Of a DNA stretch of 64,000 bases, positions 1 to 13,900 are shown piece after piece; within the stretch, counting starts at the first letter, position 1, and every line of letters begins with the position of its first letter. The stretch spans positions 178,002,001-178,066,000 of the forward strand of contig NC_091981.1 in the NCBI RefSeq assembly GCF_044704955.1, in the 5' to 3' direction. Source of the DNA: Pristiophorus japonicus (lineage: Eukaryota). A program made the position numbers and the translations under genes. The notes beneath the pieces are model-generated. The model was not told where the DNA came from, searched no databases, and saw only the letters and a program-made list of their open reading frames with translations.

Positions 1-250
1 AAATACATAAACAAGGTTCAAGTCTTAACTTAAAAACAACAGATAATCGCTTAGCAACAGGGAGATTGTATATAGTGCAAAGATCTATACCTTCCGTAGG
101 AAACCAAGACATTAGCATTTCTAAGCATTTCTCTGATCCGAAGAGACTTTCCGTCTGCAATTCGAACATCAGAGTTTAAACAGCATTTTTTCCCGTCACA
201 GTTTTAATCGCATAACCATATACATTTTTAGGCATCCCTGATTTCTAACA

Positions 251-982
251 GATGATCCGTTGAACGTGGAGGCTGGTGGGGTGAAAGGTGAGGACAAGAG
301 GAACCCTATCGTGGTTCTGGATGGGAGGGGAAGGGGTGAGATCAGAAGTGCGGGAAATAGAGCAGGCACGGTCGAGGGCCAAAATCAAACACGGTAGAGG
401 GGAATCCTCGGTTGAGGAAAAAGGAAGACGTATCGGAAGCACTAGTATGGAAGGTGGCATTGTCGGAACTGATACGGTAGAGTTGGAGAAACTGGGAGAA
501 TGGAATAGGGTCCTTACAGGAAGCGGTGAGGGGATGTGTAGTCCAGGTAGCTGTGTGAGTCAGTGGGCTTATAGTGGATACTGGTCGATAGCCTATCCCC
601 AGAAATGGAGACGGATAAGTCGAGGAAAGGAAGGGAAGAGTTGGAGATGGACCATGTGAAGGTGAGGGAAGGGTGGAAATTGGAAGCAAAGTAAATGAAA
701 TGTTTTAGTTCAAGCCGCGAGCAGGAAAAGGCACCGATACAGTCATCAATGTACTGGAAAAAAAGGTGACGCAGGGGACCTGAGTAGGATTGGAACAAAG
801 AATATTCCACATAGCCCACGAAAAGGTAGGCATAGCTAGGACCCATGCGGGTTCCCATAACAACACCTTTAATTTGAAGGAAGTGAGTGGAGTTGAAGGA
901 GAAGTTGTTCAATGTGAGAACAAGTTCAGCCAGGTGGAGGAGGATGGTGGTGGATGGGGACTGGCTGGGCCTCTGCTCAAGG
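251..982 (-). mobile_element. Penelope-like retroelement fragment (RT region, frameshifted)
   Basis: Minus-strand ORFs give the PLE RT motifs FLQIKGVVMGTRMGPSYA, FFQYIDDCIG and PFLDLSVSISGDRLSTSIHYKPTDSHSYLDY. Closely similar to about 5521-6255. Confidence 0.85.
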
Positions 983-3900
983 CTTCTGTTCTTTCTCTCT
1001 CTTTATTTCTCCTTCTGTACCTGATTTGATTTTGAATTCCTTGCGCTGTTAATTTCACAATGCTTCAACCTGATTGGTTAAGGAGGTACACATAAGGCCC
1101 ATCGTGCTGTGCCGGCTCTTTGAAAGAGCTATCATTTTTGGCAGTACAAGTTCCAAAAGACATTCAGGACTAAAAAGGATTAATCTGTGCTATTTCATTT
1201 CAGTGATGTGTGGCAGTGGTAAAACACTGGCCTTTCCCTGTTTACTCGGGTCCCAGATACCTTGTAGAGGGTGCCACACCATTTCCATCTGCCACATCCA
1301 GCAACAGTGCAGCCCAAAATATTGTTGACATTAAATGGGCCTGGACAAGTCTAACTAACAGTGCCCTGCCACAGGAACGTTTAGGCCAATGTTTGCAAAA
1401 CTATCTTGCAAGTTTCATATCAAGACATCAATTTTACATGAGGGTCTTGAAGTTCGACATTTTAGATTGTTACATCAGTACTACTGTGACAAACTACAGA
1501 GCTTGTGCTAATTGGGAACGCAACTAAAGTTCTCGCAGTCTCTGTTGTGATTAAAGGAAAGATATTGGAAAAGTATTTTTCCAGTTACACGAATTTTAGA
1601 ATTAATATATAAAATGTTAATGCACATTATATATTACTGCAGTATTTTAATTCCTAAGGATTTATATGCTGTATAACATAATAGTTTCTTAATTGAGCGA
1701 ATGGATGGGATTTGTAAATTAACTGCATGCTGCAACAAGCTTGAAATGCCTGGCCCCACATATCCCTGGATTTGGAAATGGGGAGTGAGGGTGAACACAA
1801 AGTTGGAATTGGAACTATTGATATATTTTAAACCAACGTTAAAAAAACATGTGATTATATTTGATAGGAAGTTTTATGGTCTGCCATGGTGTAGGTGGTT
1901 CAGAAATAATGAAAACTATAGGCCCCAGGTTTCTTCAAAACATCTTTCTTTGATATCCAGAATCACATTTTCACCTGCCAGTGCTGAATTCTTTTAAAAC
2001 ACAGTTTCACCTTAATCTCTGTTCAAGCTGAGCTCGCACGAATGACATTGAATCACTAGGATGGTTTCATCAGTGCGATATGTAAAACATTCCAGGGGTA
2101 TTGTTTAAAACTTTATCAGTTCGCTGGATGTGATAGGTCAATCTAATTTCCATACTGATGCCCTGTGACATGCAAAGCACTCTATGAACCTACATGCTTG
2201 CTATTCTTTCCCTAGACAGCCCTGATTGCAGCTACCCTGACACAGTACTGGGGACTAACTATGCAAATTAAGTAGTTCAGTTCATTGAAAAGCTACACGT
2301 TGCGCTGAGGTGTTTCCAGTGGAAAATGTGATTGAATGGAGCTTTTTTTTTCAACAGGGAACTTAAGTGTTGGTATATAGTAACGGTAATAAAATCTAGT
2401 GGAAGTAACAGCCAAGGGCACTTTCCATGTCGTGTCACCACTGCTGTGGTCACATCCTGCAAGTGCCACAATGTTTTTTTTGCTCTGAACAAGTCTAGCA
2501 CTGGGCAGACAACAGGAACTTGCAGTTATCTCTCCCTCCTCTTCAAAACCCACCACCCTGCCTACTCACTGTCTACCAGCACGGGGCCCATCCAACGTCT
2601 TCCACTATGACTCACCTTTAACCTATTAAGAAAGAATCTAAACCTGTTGGCACGGATGAAAAATCCAGACACACACATGTCTAAGTTAGATTGTAAGGTA
2701 TAATTTCAGTATCTCCATATCTCAGTCACGATTGCAATCTCTGCTGTTAATTAGGGGTCTTCCCCAAAGCTTAGCACTTCTACAGGCTAGTACATTTGAA
2801 TCCTCTGAGGACTGCTGACAGCTGCAGCACAATTTTTTTTCCAGTCTGACATTTTGTTTTAAATTTATTAAATGATAAGATGGATTAAGGAATCATCATG
2901 GCTCCATATTTTCTTCTAATTCTGAAATTAGCATTAAGAATCGTTTTTTGCACACAAGAGACATTTTCAGTCATTTTACTTTGTATTTGACATACTTTAG
3001 AAAAGAAAGGTTTATGTTATTTTTGAACTTAATGCATTTTAATTTTTTCCGCTTTTCTCCTGACAGGGCTGACACATGGAAGCTGTATCAGTTCTACTGT
3101 CACTCAGGTACCTCAGTAAAGTAGACATTCTTCATGAGTAAACCTAGAGAGTGGTAGACTATCCAACTGTGGAGTGCATCACATGCAGACTACAAATCAA
3201 ACCTTGACTTTCTTGTTTGTACGGTTCAGTACTGCTTATCCACCGAGCTATCAGCCTTCCTCCCGCCCCCCCTCCCCCCCTTCAAATGAGCTAAACTTAT
3301 TACATATTTAAATATGGTTCTTATTTTACTTTACATCCTATCTCAAACATTCCTGATTGTTTTTTCTATTAGCATTCTTTTAGGTAAGGGAATGTTTGTG
3401 ATTGTCACCAGCTTATGATGTTAATTTTCCCCTCCCCCAAGTTTCCCTCTTTGTGTGGCCACCACAGCAAGTCTGGCAACACTGAGGCTGATCGTGGTGA
3501 CAATACAGCTGCCATAATAAGAAGAATAAGCGGACGGTCTAAGATCCAGACATCTCCATGAATATTGACAATGAGCCTCAAGGGGATGGACAAGAAGGAC
3601 AGATGGATTTGGTTTTTCCTTATTCAAAGAAGGAACATTCCACACTTGTGGAGAAATAAAAGTAGATCATGGAAAGCTAATTTGATAACAGCAAGGCTGT
3701 GGAGAGGTTATTGTATTACCCATACAGATTGCTATATTTGCATTATGTATTTAGAAATTCATAATGATGTAAATCTAAGGCAAAGATGTCTGTCCCTTGC
3801 CATTCGTTTCTGACTAGCATAAATTTCGACACCAGTTGCAATCTATAACTGATTATAAAGGGGTTCTTGCTCAATGGACAAATGTCCACACAAAATGCTG

Positions 3901-4044
3901 CACTAAATTATATAGGCCAAGAAGGTTCCATATTTGAACTCTGTTGTGTACTGAATCAGCTGGAACAGCAATACTGTTGCTCCAATCAGTCTTAGTGTCC
4001 CAAAGCTAAGGAAAAGGAATAAAATACAACTTTTTAAAATGCAA

Positions 4045-4270
4045 TATTCTGGCCAATATTTATCCTTCAACCAGCATCTACAAACAGATTATTTGGTCAT
4101 TATCACAATGCTGTTCGTGGGAGCTTGCTGTGCGCAGATTGGCTGCCACGTTTCCTACATTACAACAGTGGCGACACTTCAAAAGTACTTAATTGGCTGT
4201 AAAGTGCTTTGGGACATCCTGAGATCATGAAAAGTGCTATATAAATGCAGGTCTTTCTTTCTTTCTTTAC
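4045..4270 (+). mobile_element. 3' part of a Deu-domain SINE
   Basis: ctggccaatatttatcc...gtaaagtgctttgggacatcctgag...gtgctatataaatgcagg(tctt)n matches the 3' half of the SINE at 40325-41080. Confidence 0.7.
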
Positions 4271-4621
4271 TCCTGATTGCTACCAGTGAACCCTGTAAGA
4301 AAGAGCATTGGGCAGGGTCAGGTTCTGGCTGCTTCCGTCTTCCCACAGTCAAAAAGGTTTCAGCACTCAGCTCACACAAAGAATAGCCACTTGAACAAGG
4401 TACCAGCTGTCACCCATGGAGCAAACTACAGCCGGAATTTTACCAGCCCCGTGAGTGCGTGTTTGAAGGCGGGCCTGATGTCTAAGTGGCCGTGATTGAC
4501 AGCTGGGTGGAAGTCCGCTCTAAACCCGCCTCCTTGTGAATTTCTCAAGTGCCGCCTCTGCCTGCGGATTGCAGACCTGGCATGAAGCAACGTCTCGGAC
4601 AATTGAGGTAGTTAAGAGAGA

Positions 4622-4666
4622 AACAGAGTTAACATTTCAGGTCGATGGCCCTTCGTCAGAACTGGC
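4622..4666 (-). ncRNA. Minimal hammerhead ribozyme motif in the PLE terminal repeat
   Basis: Minus strand reads ccagtt-CTGACGA-agggccatcgacct-GAAA-tgttaactctg, i.e. the CUGANGA/GAAA core with a short stem II. PLE terminal repeats are known to carry minimal HHRs. Confidence 0.65.
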
Positions 4667-7600
4667 AATAGTTCAAAATGTAACAGATTCTTAAGGAAGT
4701 GTTGGGGCCCTGAAAGGGGGAAGTAGGTGGAATGAACAAAAGGGAAGGTCTGTGATAGGGTGGAAGGCAGAAGAGATTTGAGAGACAAAAGGGACGATGG
4801 GCCAAATTGAGATGGTAATAGCACAAGTTAGGAAACAAAAGATGAGTCTAGATAGGGTGTGAATGGCAGAATAATTACCAGTTGCCATGGGAAACAGAGA
4901 GAAACAAAATAAAAATAAAAAAGGTGGGGGGGGGGAAGTTTTTGTAAAAAAAGGGGAGGAAAGGGAACAAAATGTGGGCAGGGGTTATGATCTGAAATTG
5001 TTAAATTCGATGTTGATTCCAGAAGGCTCTAAAGTGCCTAAATGAAAGATGAGGTGCTGTTCCTCGAGCTTGCGTTGAGCTTCATTGGAACAGTGTAGGA
5101 GGCTGAGGGTTGAGAGATCAGAGTGGGAGTGGAGCGGAGAATTAAAGTGACAGGCGACAGGAAGCTCGGGGTCACGTTTACGGACTGAACGGAGGTGTTC
5201 TGCAAAGCAGCCACCCAACCTGCGTTTGGTCTCCCCAATGAAGAGGAGACCACATCGTGAGCAGCGAATACAGTATACTAAATTGAAAGAAGTACAAGTA
5301 AATCGCTGTTTCACCTGGACAGAGTGTTTGAGGCCCTGGACAGTGGGAAGGGAGGAGGTAAAAGGGCAGGTGTTGCATCTCCTGCATTTGCACAGGAAGG
5401 TGCTGTAGGAAGGGGAGGGGGTGCTGGGGGTGGCTGCGGAATGGACCAGGGTGCCGCGGAGGGAGCGGTTCCTTCAGAAAGCTGAAAGAGGAGTGGTGGG
5501 ATCACGCTGGAGGTGGCGGAGGATGATCCGTTGAACGTGGAGGCTGGTGGGGTGAAAGGTGAGGACAAGGGGAACCCTGTCATGGTTCTGAGAGGGAGTG
5601 GAAGGAGTGAGAGCAGAGGTGCGGGAAATAGAACGGACACGGTAGAGGGCCATGTTAACCACGGCGGAGGGCAATCCTCGGTTGAGGAAAAAGGAAGACA
5701 TGTCAGAGCACTAGTGTGGAAGGTGGTGTCATCAGAGCAGATGCGACACAGACGGAGAAACTGGGAGAATAGAATGGAGTCCTTGCAGGATGCGGGGTGG
5801 GTGGAAGTGTTGTCCAGGTAGCTGTGGGAGTCAGTGGGCTTATAGTGAATGTTTGTCAATAGTCTATCCGCAGAAATGGAGACAGAGAAGTTAAGGGAGA
5901 GAAGGGAAGAGTCGGAGATGGACCAGTTAAAGGTGAGGGAAGGGTGGAAATTGGATGCAAAGTGGATTACATTTTCTCGTTCAGGGCGAGAGCAGGAAAC
6001 GGCACCAATACAGTCATCAATGTACTGGAAAAAGAGGTAAGGGAGGGGCCCCGAGTAGGATTGGAACAAAGAATGTTCCACATATCCCACGAAAAGGCAG
6101 GCATAGCTAGGACCCATATGGATTGCCATAGCAACACCTTTAATTTGGAGGAAGTGAGTGGAGCTAAAGGACAAGTTGTTCAATGTGAGAACAAGTTCAG
6201 CCACGGAGAGGAGAGTGGTGGTGGATGGGGACTGGTTGGGCCTCTGCTCGAGGAAGAAGCAGAGCGCCCTCAGGCCACCCTGATGGGGGATGGAAGTGTA
6301 GAGGGATTGGACGTCCATAGTGCAAATGAGACAGTTGGGGCCAGAAAATTCAAAACTGTTAATGTGGCAGAGGAGTCGTGGATGTAGGTGGGAAGAGAGT
6401 GGACAATGAGAGAAAAAATAGAGTCGAGATAGGAAGAAATAAGTTCCGTGGGGCAAGAACTGACTGAAATGATGGGTCTACCTGGGCAGTCCTGTTTGTG
6501 GATCTTGGGAAGGAGGTAGAAGCAGACTGTACGGGGTTGGGGAACTATGAGGTTGGTGGCTGTGGAGGGAAGATCTCCAGAGGAGATCAGGTCAGTGACA
6601 GTCTTGGAAACGATGGTTTGATGTTCGGTAGTGGGCTCATGTTCCAGGGGGAGGTAGGAGGAGGTGTCAGAGAGTTGACGATCAGCCTCTGCAAGGTAGA
6701 GGTCGATTCGCTAAACAACAACAGCGTCACCCTTGTCAGTAGGATTAATGACAAAGTTGGGGTTGGGTCTGAGCGAGCAGTGTGCTGCAAGTTCAGAGAG
6801 AGGTCGGTTGGAGTGAGTGAGGGGAGCAGAGAGATTGAGACGGCCGATGTCCCATCGGCAGTTTGCAATGAAGAGGTCTAGAGAGAGTAAGAGGCCAGAG
6901 GGAGGGGTCCAGGTAGAGTGAGAATTCTGAAAATGGGAGAAAGGGTCAGCTGTGCAGGGGAAAGACTCCCGGCTGAAGAAATGGGCATGGAGGCGAAGGC
7001 AGTGGAAAAAGAGCTCAGCATTGTGCCGAGGTCAAAATTCATTGAGGTGGGGGTGTAAGGGGTTGAAGCTCAGGCCTTTGCTGAGGACTGATCGTTTGGG
7101 ATCAGAGAGGGGAAGGTCAGAGGGGATAGTGAAAACACGGCAGGGGATGAGATTGGAAGGAATGGGATACAGAGGGAAGTGAAGTGGAAGAAGGTTCCAG
7201 AAGGGCGTTGGGGTCCAAGAGTTGTTGGAGCTTACATTCCTTTACACCTGAAAGGAAGGAATAAAGTTTTTGTTAAAGCACCAGATAAGGTGAAGGGTGA
7301 AATGGAATTGCAGCTCAGGACAGTTTAGAGATAGAGTGAGTCAGTGCTGCTGAAGAGAGAGGTCGAGAGTGTGCATGTGGCAGCACATAGCATTGAGTGT
7401 GGATCCCAGGATGCAGCGAGAGCAGTGGTTTGTGGAACGCTGAATATCACGGATTTACAAAAACTGTCCCCCACCCCCTTTTTTATTTTAATTTTATTTC
7501 TCTCTGTTTCCCATGGCAGTTGGTAATTATTCCACCATTCACACTCTATCACACTCATCATTTGTTTCCTAACTTGTGCTATTACCATCTCAATTTGGCC

Positions 7601-7701
7601 CATCATCTCTTTTGTCTCTCAAATCTCTTCTGCCTTTCACCCTATCACAGACCTTCTCATTTGTTCTATCCATCCCCTACACTGTTACATTTCGAACTAT
7701 T

Positions 7702-7748
7702 GCCAGTTCTGACGAAGGGTCATCAATCTGAAATATTAACTCTGTTTC
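7702..7748 (+). ncRNA. Minimal hammerhead ribozyme motif in the inverted PLE terminal repeat
   Basis: CTGACGA at 7709-7715, then agggtcatcaatct, then GAAA at 7730-7733, then tattaactctg. Confidence 0.6.
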
Positions 7749-9466
7749 TCTCTCCACAGATGCTGCCTGACCCACTGAGATTTCCAGCATTTTCTGTTTT
7801 TATTTCAGATTCCAGTATCTGCAGTATTTTGCTTTTGTTGAGGTAGTTATGAAGCTGCTTAAAGCTATTTAAGCAGCATTTTTCCAGGTTCTAACCATTT
7901 TACCAAGTTTTTTACGAGGTTCCCCTTCCTCGGGGAACATGTCAGGTAAGTATGTCAGCTTCTCAACAACTCTGGATTGATTTACTAGTTAACAGCTGCA
8001 GAAGTGGTATAAAAGCTACCATTTCACAGCTGTTCAATTTCCATTCTTAGAAGCTGGAACCTTCAGGATTTGGAATACACTTTTCAGCTTTATGGAGGTT
8101 TGAAGTGTTTGCAGTGAACTCTCTATCCAGTGTCACCTCCTTGGAACAACCTATCTCACCACTGACAGATCGCTTCTGTCTTCTCAACTTCAGCTGTCAT
8201 CTATTCCACCAGCATCGGTGCCCTTGAAAAAATCTCACCTTGGTCTTCAGAATCCCTTCACGATCAGCCCCAACACCAACATCACCAGGCACACCATCAC
8301 CACCAGGCACACCAGCAACATCAACAATAGCAACCTTCTCTGCAATCACAGGACACAGGGCATCAGCACTTGACCACATTGCTTCCAGGGACACCAGGGA
8401 TGGCCTCACCATGGCCAGATTTACTTCACTTGACGCTTTGCACCCTGGCTGACACATGATGCACCAGGTTGCACCACCCCACACCAGCATCATAAAGCAT
8501 CCCTACAATGCTCAAGCCATTCCTTTCAGACTCGTCACCTTTGGGGGGAGGGGGTTTACTGTTATGTCTCAACATTCATTGAAACTCACTAAGCCACTTC
8601 CAAAGGTGCACACAGATCTGTCCAAGAGGACAAAGTGTTGAAAATAAAGATTTCAATGTTTGACAATGCATTAGCAGAAACTTTACATCAGCATTGGCAA
8701 TAACATCCACGTGCCTACCCTTGTGTGTTGTTAGTTGGTATGATTGGACAAAGATGAGGGTGAGTATGGGGGTGGCTAGTGAAATGGGGATGTGATAATG
8801 TAGATAGAGACAGAGGGATTGGTGAGGTGCAAGGTAAGTTGGTGTGAGTAAGGATGTGCAGGGGTAGGGTAGGGAAGGCAGAGTGATGGGGATGTGATGA
8901 GTGACACAGCAGCAACATTTTGTGATCTACTAAGATCATTGAAAGGTTTGCGCCACTACAGCCAGCTCCTCCTGACGACATTCCTGCTTGTGCCCTCCTG
9001 TACAATGTGCAACCAGGCTGCGTTGGTGTCCTGGGGAGGTCTCTTCCGCCCATGGGAAGGGAAGAAAACCTCCCTGCATGCTGTGACTCCCTCCATAAGC
9101 ATATAGAGGGAGTCATGGGAGAGCCTGGATGCAGCCCTACACTATTGTGCAATGCTTGTCGGTGTTTGCAACACCTCAATGCCGCAGATCACTGACAGCA
9201 CAACTGTCAAAATGTATGTGGTCATGATCCCTTTAAGAAAGCAGACGGATGACATGTCATCAGATGACGTCATCAGACCTGCTTTCTTTTAATTGGCTGG
9301 AAACCTTGCAGGGTGGGCTTAACAAGCCCAATCTAGGGAAAGTCATGGGGGAAGCTAACATGGATCCAGGAGCAGGGCTGTGGCCCGCCTCGGACATCAC
9401 CCGCCTCTCTCCCAGCTCGGTAGAAAAAATCGAACCTGACCTGTGTGAGTCAGCAGCTTGTGGATT

Positions 9467-10705
9467 CTGGAATAAAAAACTAGTATCAGTAATAGTGACC
9501 ATGATTCATAAAACCCATTTGGTTCACTAATGTCCTTTAGGGAAAGGAATCTGCACTTCTTACCTGGTCTGGTCTATATGGACTCCAGGCCCACAGCAAT
9601 GTGGTTGACTCTTAACTGGCCTCTGAAATGGCCTAGCAAGCCATTCAGTTGTATCAAACCGCTACAAAAAACAGTAAGAATAAAACTGGACAGACCACCT
9701 GGCATCGACCTAGTACAAGGGAAATGGCTGTGGTTGTTGGAGGCCAATCATCTCAGCCCCAGGACATCGCTGCAGGAGTTCCTCAGGCCCAACCATCTTC
9801 AGCTGCATCATCAATGACCTTCCCTCCATTCTGAGGTCAGAAGTGGGGATGTTCGCTGATGATTGCACAGTATTCAGTTCTATTTGCAACACCTCAGATA
9901 ATGGAGCAGTCCATGCCCGCATGCAGCACGACCTGGACAGCATTCAGGCTTGGGCTGATAAGTGGCAAGTAACATTTGCACCACACAAGTGTCAGTCAAG
10001 GACTATCTCCAACAAGATTCTAACCACCACCCCTTGCCATTCAACAGCATTACCATCGCTGAATCCCCGATCATCAACATCCTGATTGATCAGCCACATA
10101 AATACTGTAGCTACAAGAGCAGGTCAGAGGCTGGGTATTCTGTGGCAAATGTCTCACCTCCTGACTCCCCGATGCTTTTCCACCATCTACAAGGCACAAG
10201 TCATGAGTGTGATGGAATACTCTCCACTTGCCTGGATGAGTGCAGTTCCAACAACACTCAACGCCATTCAGGACAAAACAGCCCACTTGATTGGCACCCC
10301 ATCCACCACCTTAAGTATTCACTTCCTCCACCACCACCCCACCGTGGCTGCAGTGTGTATCATCTACAAGATGCACTGCAGCAACGAGCCAAGGCTTCTT
10401 CGATAGCACCTCCCAAACCCGTGACCTCTACCACCTAGAAGAACAAGGGCAGCAGGGGCCTGGGAACACCATCACCTCCAGGTTGCCCTCCAAGTCACGC
10501 CTGTCTTGGAAATATATCGCCATTGCTTCATCGTTGCTTGGGTCAAAATCCTGGAACTCTCTCTCTAACAGCACAATGGGAGTACCTTCACCACACAGAC
10601 TGCAGCAGTTCAAGAAGGCAGCTCACCACCACCTCCTCAATGGCAATTAAGGATGGGCAATAAATGCTGGCCTTGCCAACAATGCCCACATCCCAGGAAT
10701 GAATA
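9467..10705 (+). mobile_element. Internally deleted CR1-like LINE (5' non-coding part joined to the RT C-terminus and 3' tail)
   Basis: RT motifs MFADDCTVF, IQAWADKWQVTFAPHKCQ and IYKAQVMSVMEYSPLAW. The 3' tail is shared with the SINE at 16151-16525. Confidence 0.75.
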
Positions 10706-10949
10706 ATTATTTTCTCGTCAGAAGCCTCTTTAACCTTCTCATTTGTTATGAAAAAAGACTTAACTTCTCAAGTCTCTCTCTCTTCGTAACCCCTTACCCC
10801 TGGTAACAGCCTAGTGAATCTTTGCTGCCCCTTTTCAATTGATTTTATATCCTTCCTATAACGAATGTGTCCAAAACTGTACACAATAGGTCTTGTATAA
10901 ATTCCTGGGTTTTAATGCTTAGTTGTTTTTGGATGATAATAGTAGTATC

Positions 10950-13900
10950 AGTACTAAAACATCTTGAATGAGATGGATGCAGTAATTGTATCAATTAAAT
11001 ATGTGATTAAAACCAAGACTACTGGAGATTTAAAATTTGAATCACAAGACATAGCGAGGGGGGTAAAAAGGGCGGGGGGCTTTGCGGTACTGATTAAAGA
11101 AACTATTACAGTGGTGAGGAGGGATGATATGTTAGAGGGATCATCAAATGAGGCCATATGGGTCAAATTAAAAAATAAAAAAGGGGCTATCACACTGCTG
11201 GGCATGTATTATAGACCCACAAACAGTGGGAGGGAGATAGAGGAGCAAATATGTAGGCAAATTGCTGCGAAGTCTAAAAACCATAGGGTAGTAATAGTAG
11301 GGGATTTTAACTATCCAAATATTGATTGGAACAAATTTAGTGTGAAGGGTATAGAGGGTGTGGAATTCTTGAAATGCATTCAAGAGAATTTTTTTAGTCG
11401 GTATGTAGCAAGCCCAACTCAAGAGGGGGCGGTCTTGGATTTAGTTTTGGGGAATGAAACTGGGCAGGTTGAAAGGGTATTAGTGGGAGAGCACTTGGGT
11501 GCTAGTGGATTCAGATTCAAGTTGGTTATGGATAAGGACAAGAATAGGCCTGGAATAAAAGTTCTGAATTAGGGAAAAGCTAATTTTGTTAAGTTAAGGA
11601 GTGATTTGACCATAGTGGACTGGAAACAGCTACTTGAAGGTAAATCAGTGTTGGAACAGTGGAAGGCATTCAAGGAGGAGATCCGGCAGGCTCAGGCCAA
11701 ACATGTGCCCTTAAAGAAAAAGGCTGGGAAAAATATTTCTAGAGCCCCCTGGATGTCTAAGGACTTACAGCGGAGGATTAAGAAAAAAAGGGATACTTAT
11801 GTCATATACCAACGGCTAAATACTTTAGAATCTTTAGAGGAATATAGAAAGTTAAGAGACAAAATTAAAAAGGACATTAAGAATGCTAAGAGAGAGCATG
11901 AGAAATTCTTGGCCAGTAAAATTAAGGAAAACCCCAAGATGTTCTATAAATATATTAAGAGTAAGAGGGTAACTAAAGAAAGGGTAGGGCCTATTAGATA
12001 CCATGAGGGTAATCTTTGTGTGGAGGCGGAAGATGTTGGGAAGGTTCTTTATGAATACTTTGCATCTGTTTTCACAAAGGAAAGGGGCAATGCAGATACT
12101 GCTATCGAGGAGGAGTGTGATATTCTGGGTGAAATAAATAAAGTGAGAGAGGAAGTATTAAGGGATTTAGCAGCTTTGAAAGTAGATAACTCCCCAGGCC
12201 TGGATGAAATGCATCCCAGGCTGTTGAGCGAAGTAAAGGAGGAAATAATAGAGGCCTTGACCATCATTTTCCAGTCCTCTTTGGATCTGGGCATGGTGCC
12301 GGAGGATTGGAGGACTGCTAATGTAGTACCCTTGTTTAAGAAGGGAAAAAGGGATAGGCCGAGTAATTACAGGCCGGTCAGCCTAACCTCAGTGGTGGGA
12401 AAATTATTGGAAAAAATCCTGAAAGAAAGGATAAATCTGCATTTGGAAAGCCAAAGATTAATTAGGGGCAGTCAGCACGGATTTGTTAAGGGAAGATCGT
12501 GTTTGTCTAATCTGATTGAATATTTTGAGGAGATAACTAAGAGGGTCGATGAGGGTAGTGCGTACGATGTAGTATATATGGACCTTAACAAGGCTTTTGA
12601 TAAGGTCCCACATGGTAGACTGGTCATGAAGGTTAAAGCCCATGGGATACAGAGCAAAGTAGCAAATTGGATCCAAAATTGGTCTGGAGGTAGGAAGCAA
12701 AGGGTAATGATAGATGGATGTTTCTGTGACTGGAAGGATGTTTCCAATGGGGTTCCCACAGGGCTCAGTACTGGGTCCCTTGCTTTTTGTGGTATATATC
12801 AACGATTTAGATTTGAATATAGGGAGTATGATTAAGAAGTTTGCAGACGACACTAAAATTGGCTATCTGGTTGATAATAAAGAGGAAGGTCATGAGCTGC
12901 AGTAGGATATCAATCTACTGGTCAGATGGGCAGAGTAGTGGCAAATGGAATTTAATTTAGAGAAGTGTGAGGTGATGCACTTTGGGAGGGCTAATAAGGA
13001 AAGGCGGTAGGCCATTTAATAGTGTAGATGAACAAAGGGATCTTGGAGTGCTTGCCCCTGAAAGTAGCAAGCCAGGTGGATAAGATGGTTAAGAAGGCAT
13101 ATAGAATGCTTGCCTTTATTGGCCGAGGCATAGAATATAATAACAGGGAGGTTATGCTTAAATTGTATAATACTTTGGTTAGGCCACAGCTGGAGTACTG
13201 CATGCAGTTCTGATCACCATATTATAGGAAGGACGTGATTGCACGAGAGAGGGTGCAGAAGAGATTTACTAGGATGCTGCCTGGAATGGAGAATCTTAGT
13301 TATGAGGATAGATTGGATAGGCTGGGTTTGTTCTCGTTGGAACAGAGGAGGTTGAGAGGAGACCTCATCGAGGTGTACAAAATAAGGAGGGGCCTGGACA
13401 TAGTGGATAATAAGTGTCTATTTCCATTGGTGGAGGGGTCTATTACGAGGAGGCATAGTTTTAAGGTGGTTGGTGGAAGGTTTAGAGGAGATTTAAGGGG
13501 GGCTTCTTTATGCAGAGGGTTCTGGGGATCTGGAACTCGCTGCCTGGAAGAGTGGTGAATGCAGAAACCCTCATCACTTTTAAGAGATGGTTAGATGAGC
13601 ACTTAAAGTGCAGTAACCTAGAGCTGGTAATTGGGATTAGACTGGATGACCTTTTGTTGGACGGCACAGATATAATGATAAGTATTGCAGGGAATAGAAT
13701 ACGGCCAGGGTGATTTCCTGGACTAGTGTCGATTGCCTGGATGGGTCGGAGAGGAATTTTCCCAGAATTTTTCTCCCTAAATTGGCCTGGGTTTTTATCT
13801 GGTTTTTGCCTCTCCCAGGAGATCACTTGGCTCCAGTAGGGATGGAGTGTAGATGTTTTTCAGTATAAGGAGTGTCGCAGTTGTGTGAGGCGGACTGGTT

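Larger units (their letters stand above)
4615..7837 (-). mobile_element. Penelope-like element (RT + GIY-YIG endonuclease, disrupted) with inverted terminal repeats and a 12-bp TSD
   Basis: GIY-YIG motif NLVYCIRCSRCGLLFIGETKRRL...EHLRSV at 4985-5314 and RT motifs TMDVQSLYTSIPH and QYIDDC at 5311-6456. About 4615-4947 is the reverse complement of about 7453-7753. TTGAGGTAGTTA is present at both 4603-4614 and 7838-7849. Confidence 0.9.
4430..9436. mobile_element. Decayed PIF/Harbinger-type DNA transposon, interrupted by the Penelope-like element; boundaries approximate
   Basis: GC-rich termini. Minus strand 8923-9138 translates to RAASRLSHDSLYMLMEGVTACREVFFPSHGRKRPPQDTNAAWLHIVQEGTSRNVVRRSWL*WRKPFNDL, a Myb/SANT-like domain typical of the Harbinger second ORF. 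Confidence 0.55.

Noticed and set aside
1701-1997. ORF containing MPGPT, like the human SEC61B N-terminus
   Set aside because: A five-residue coincidence on the wrong strand with no further similarity.
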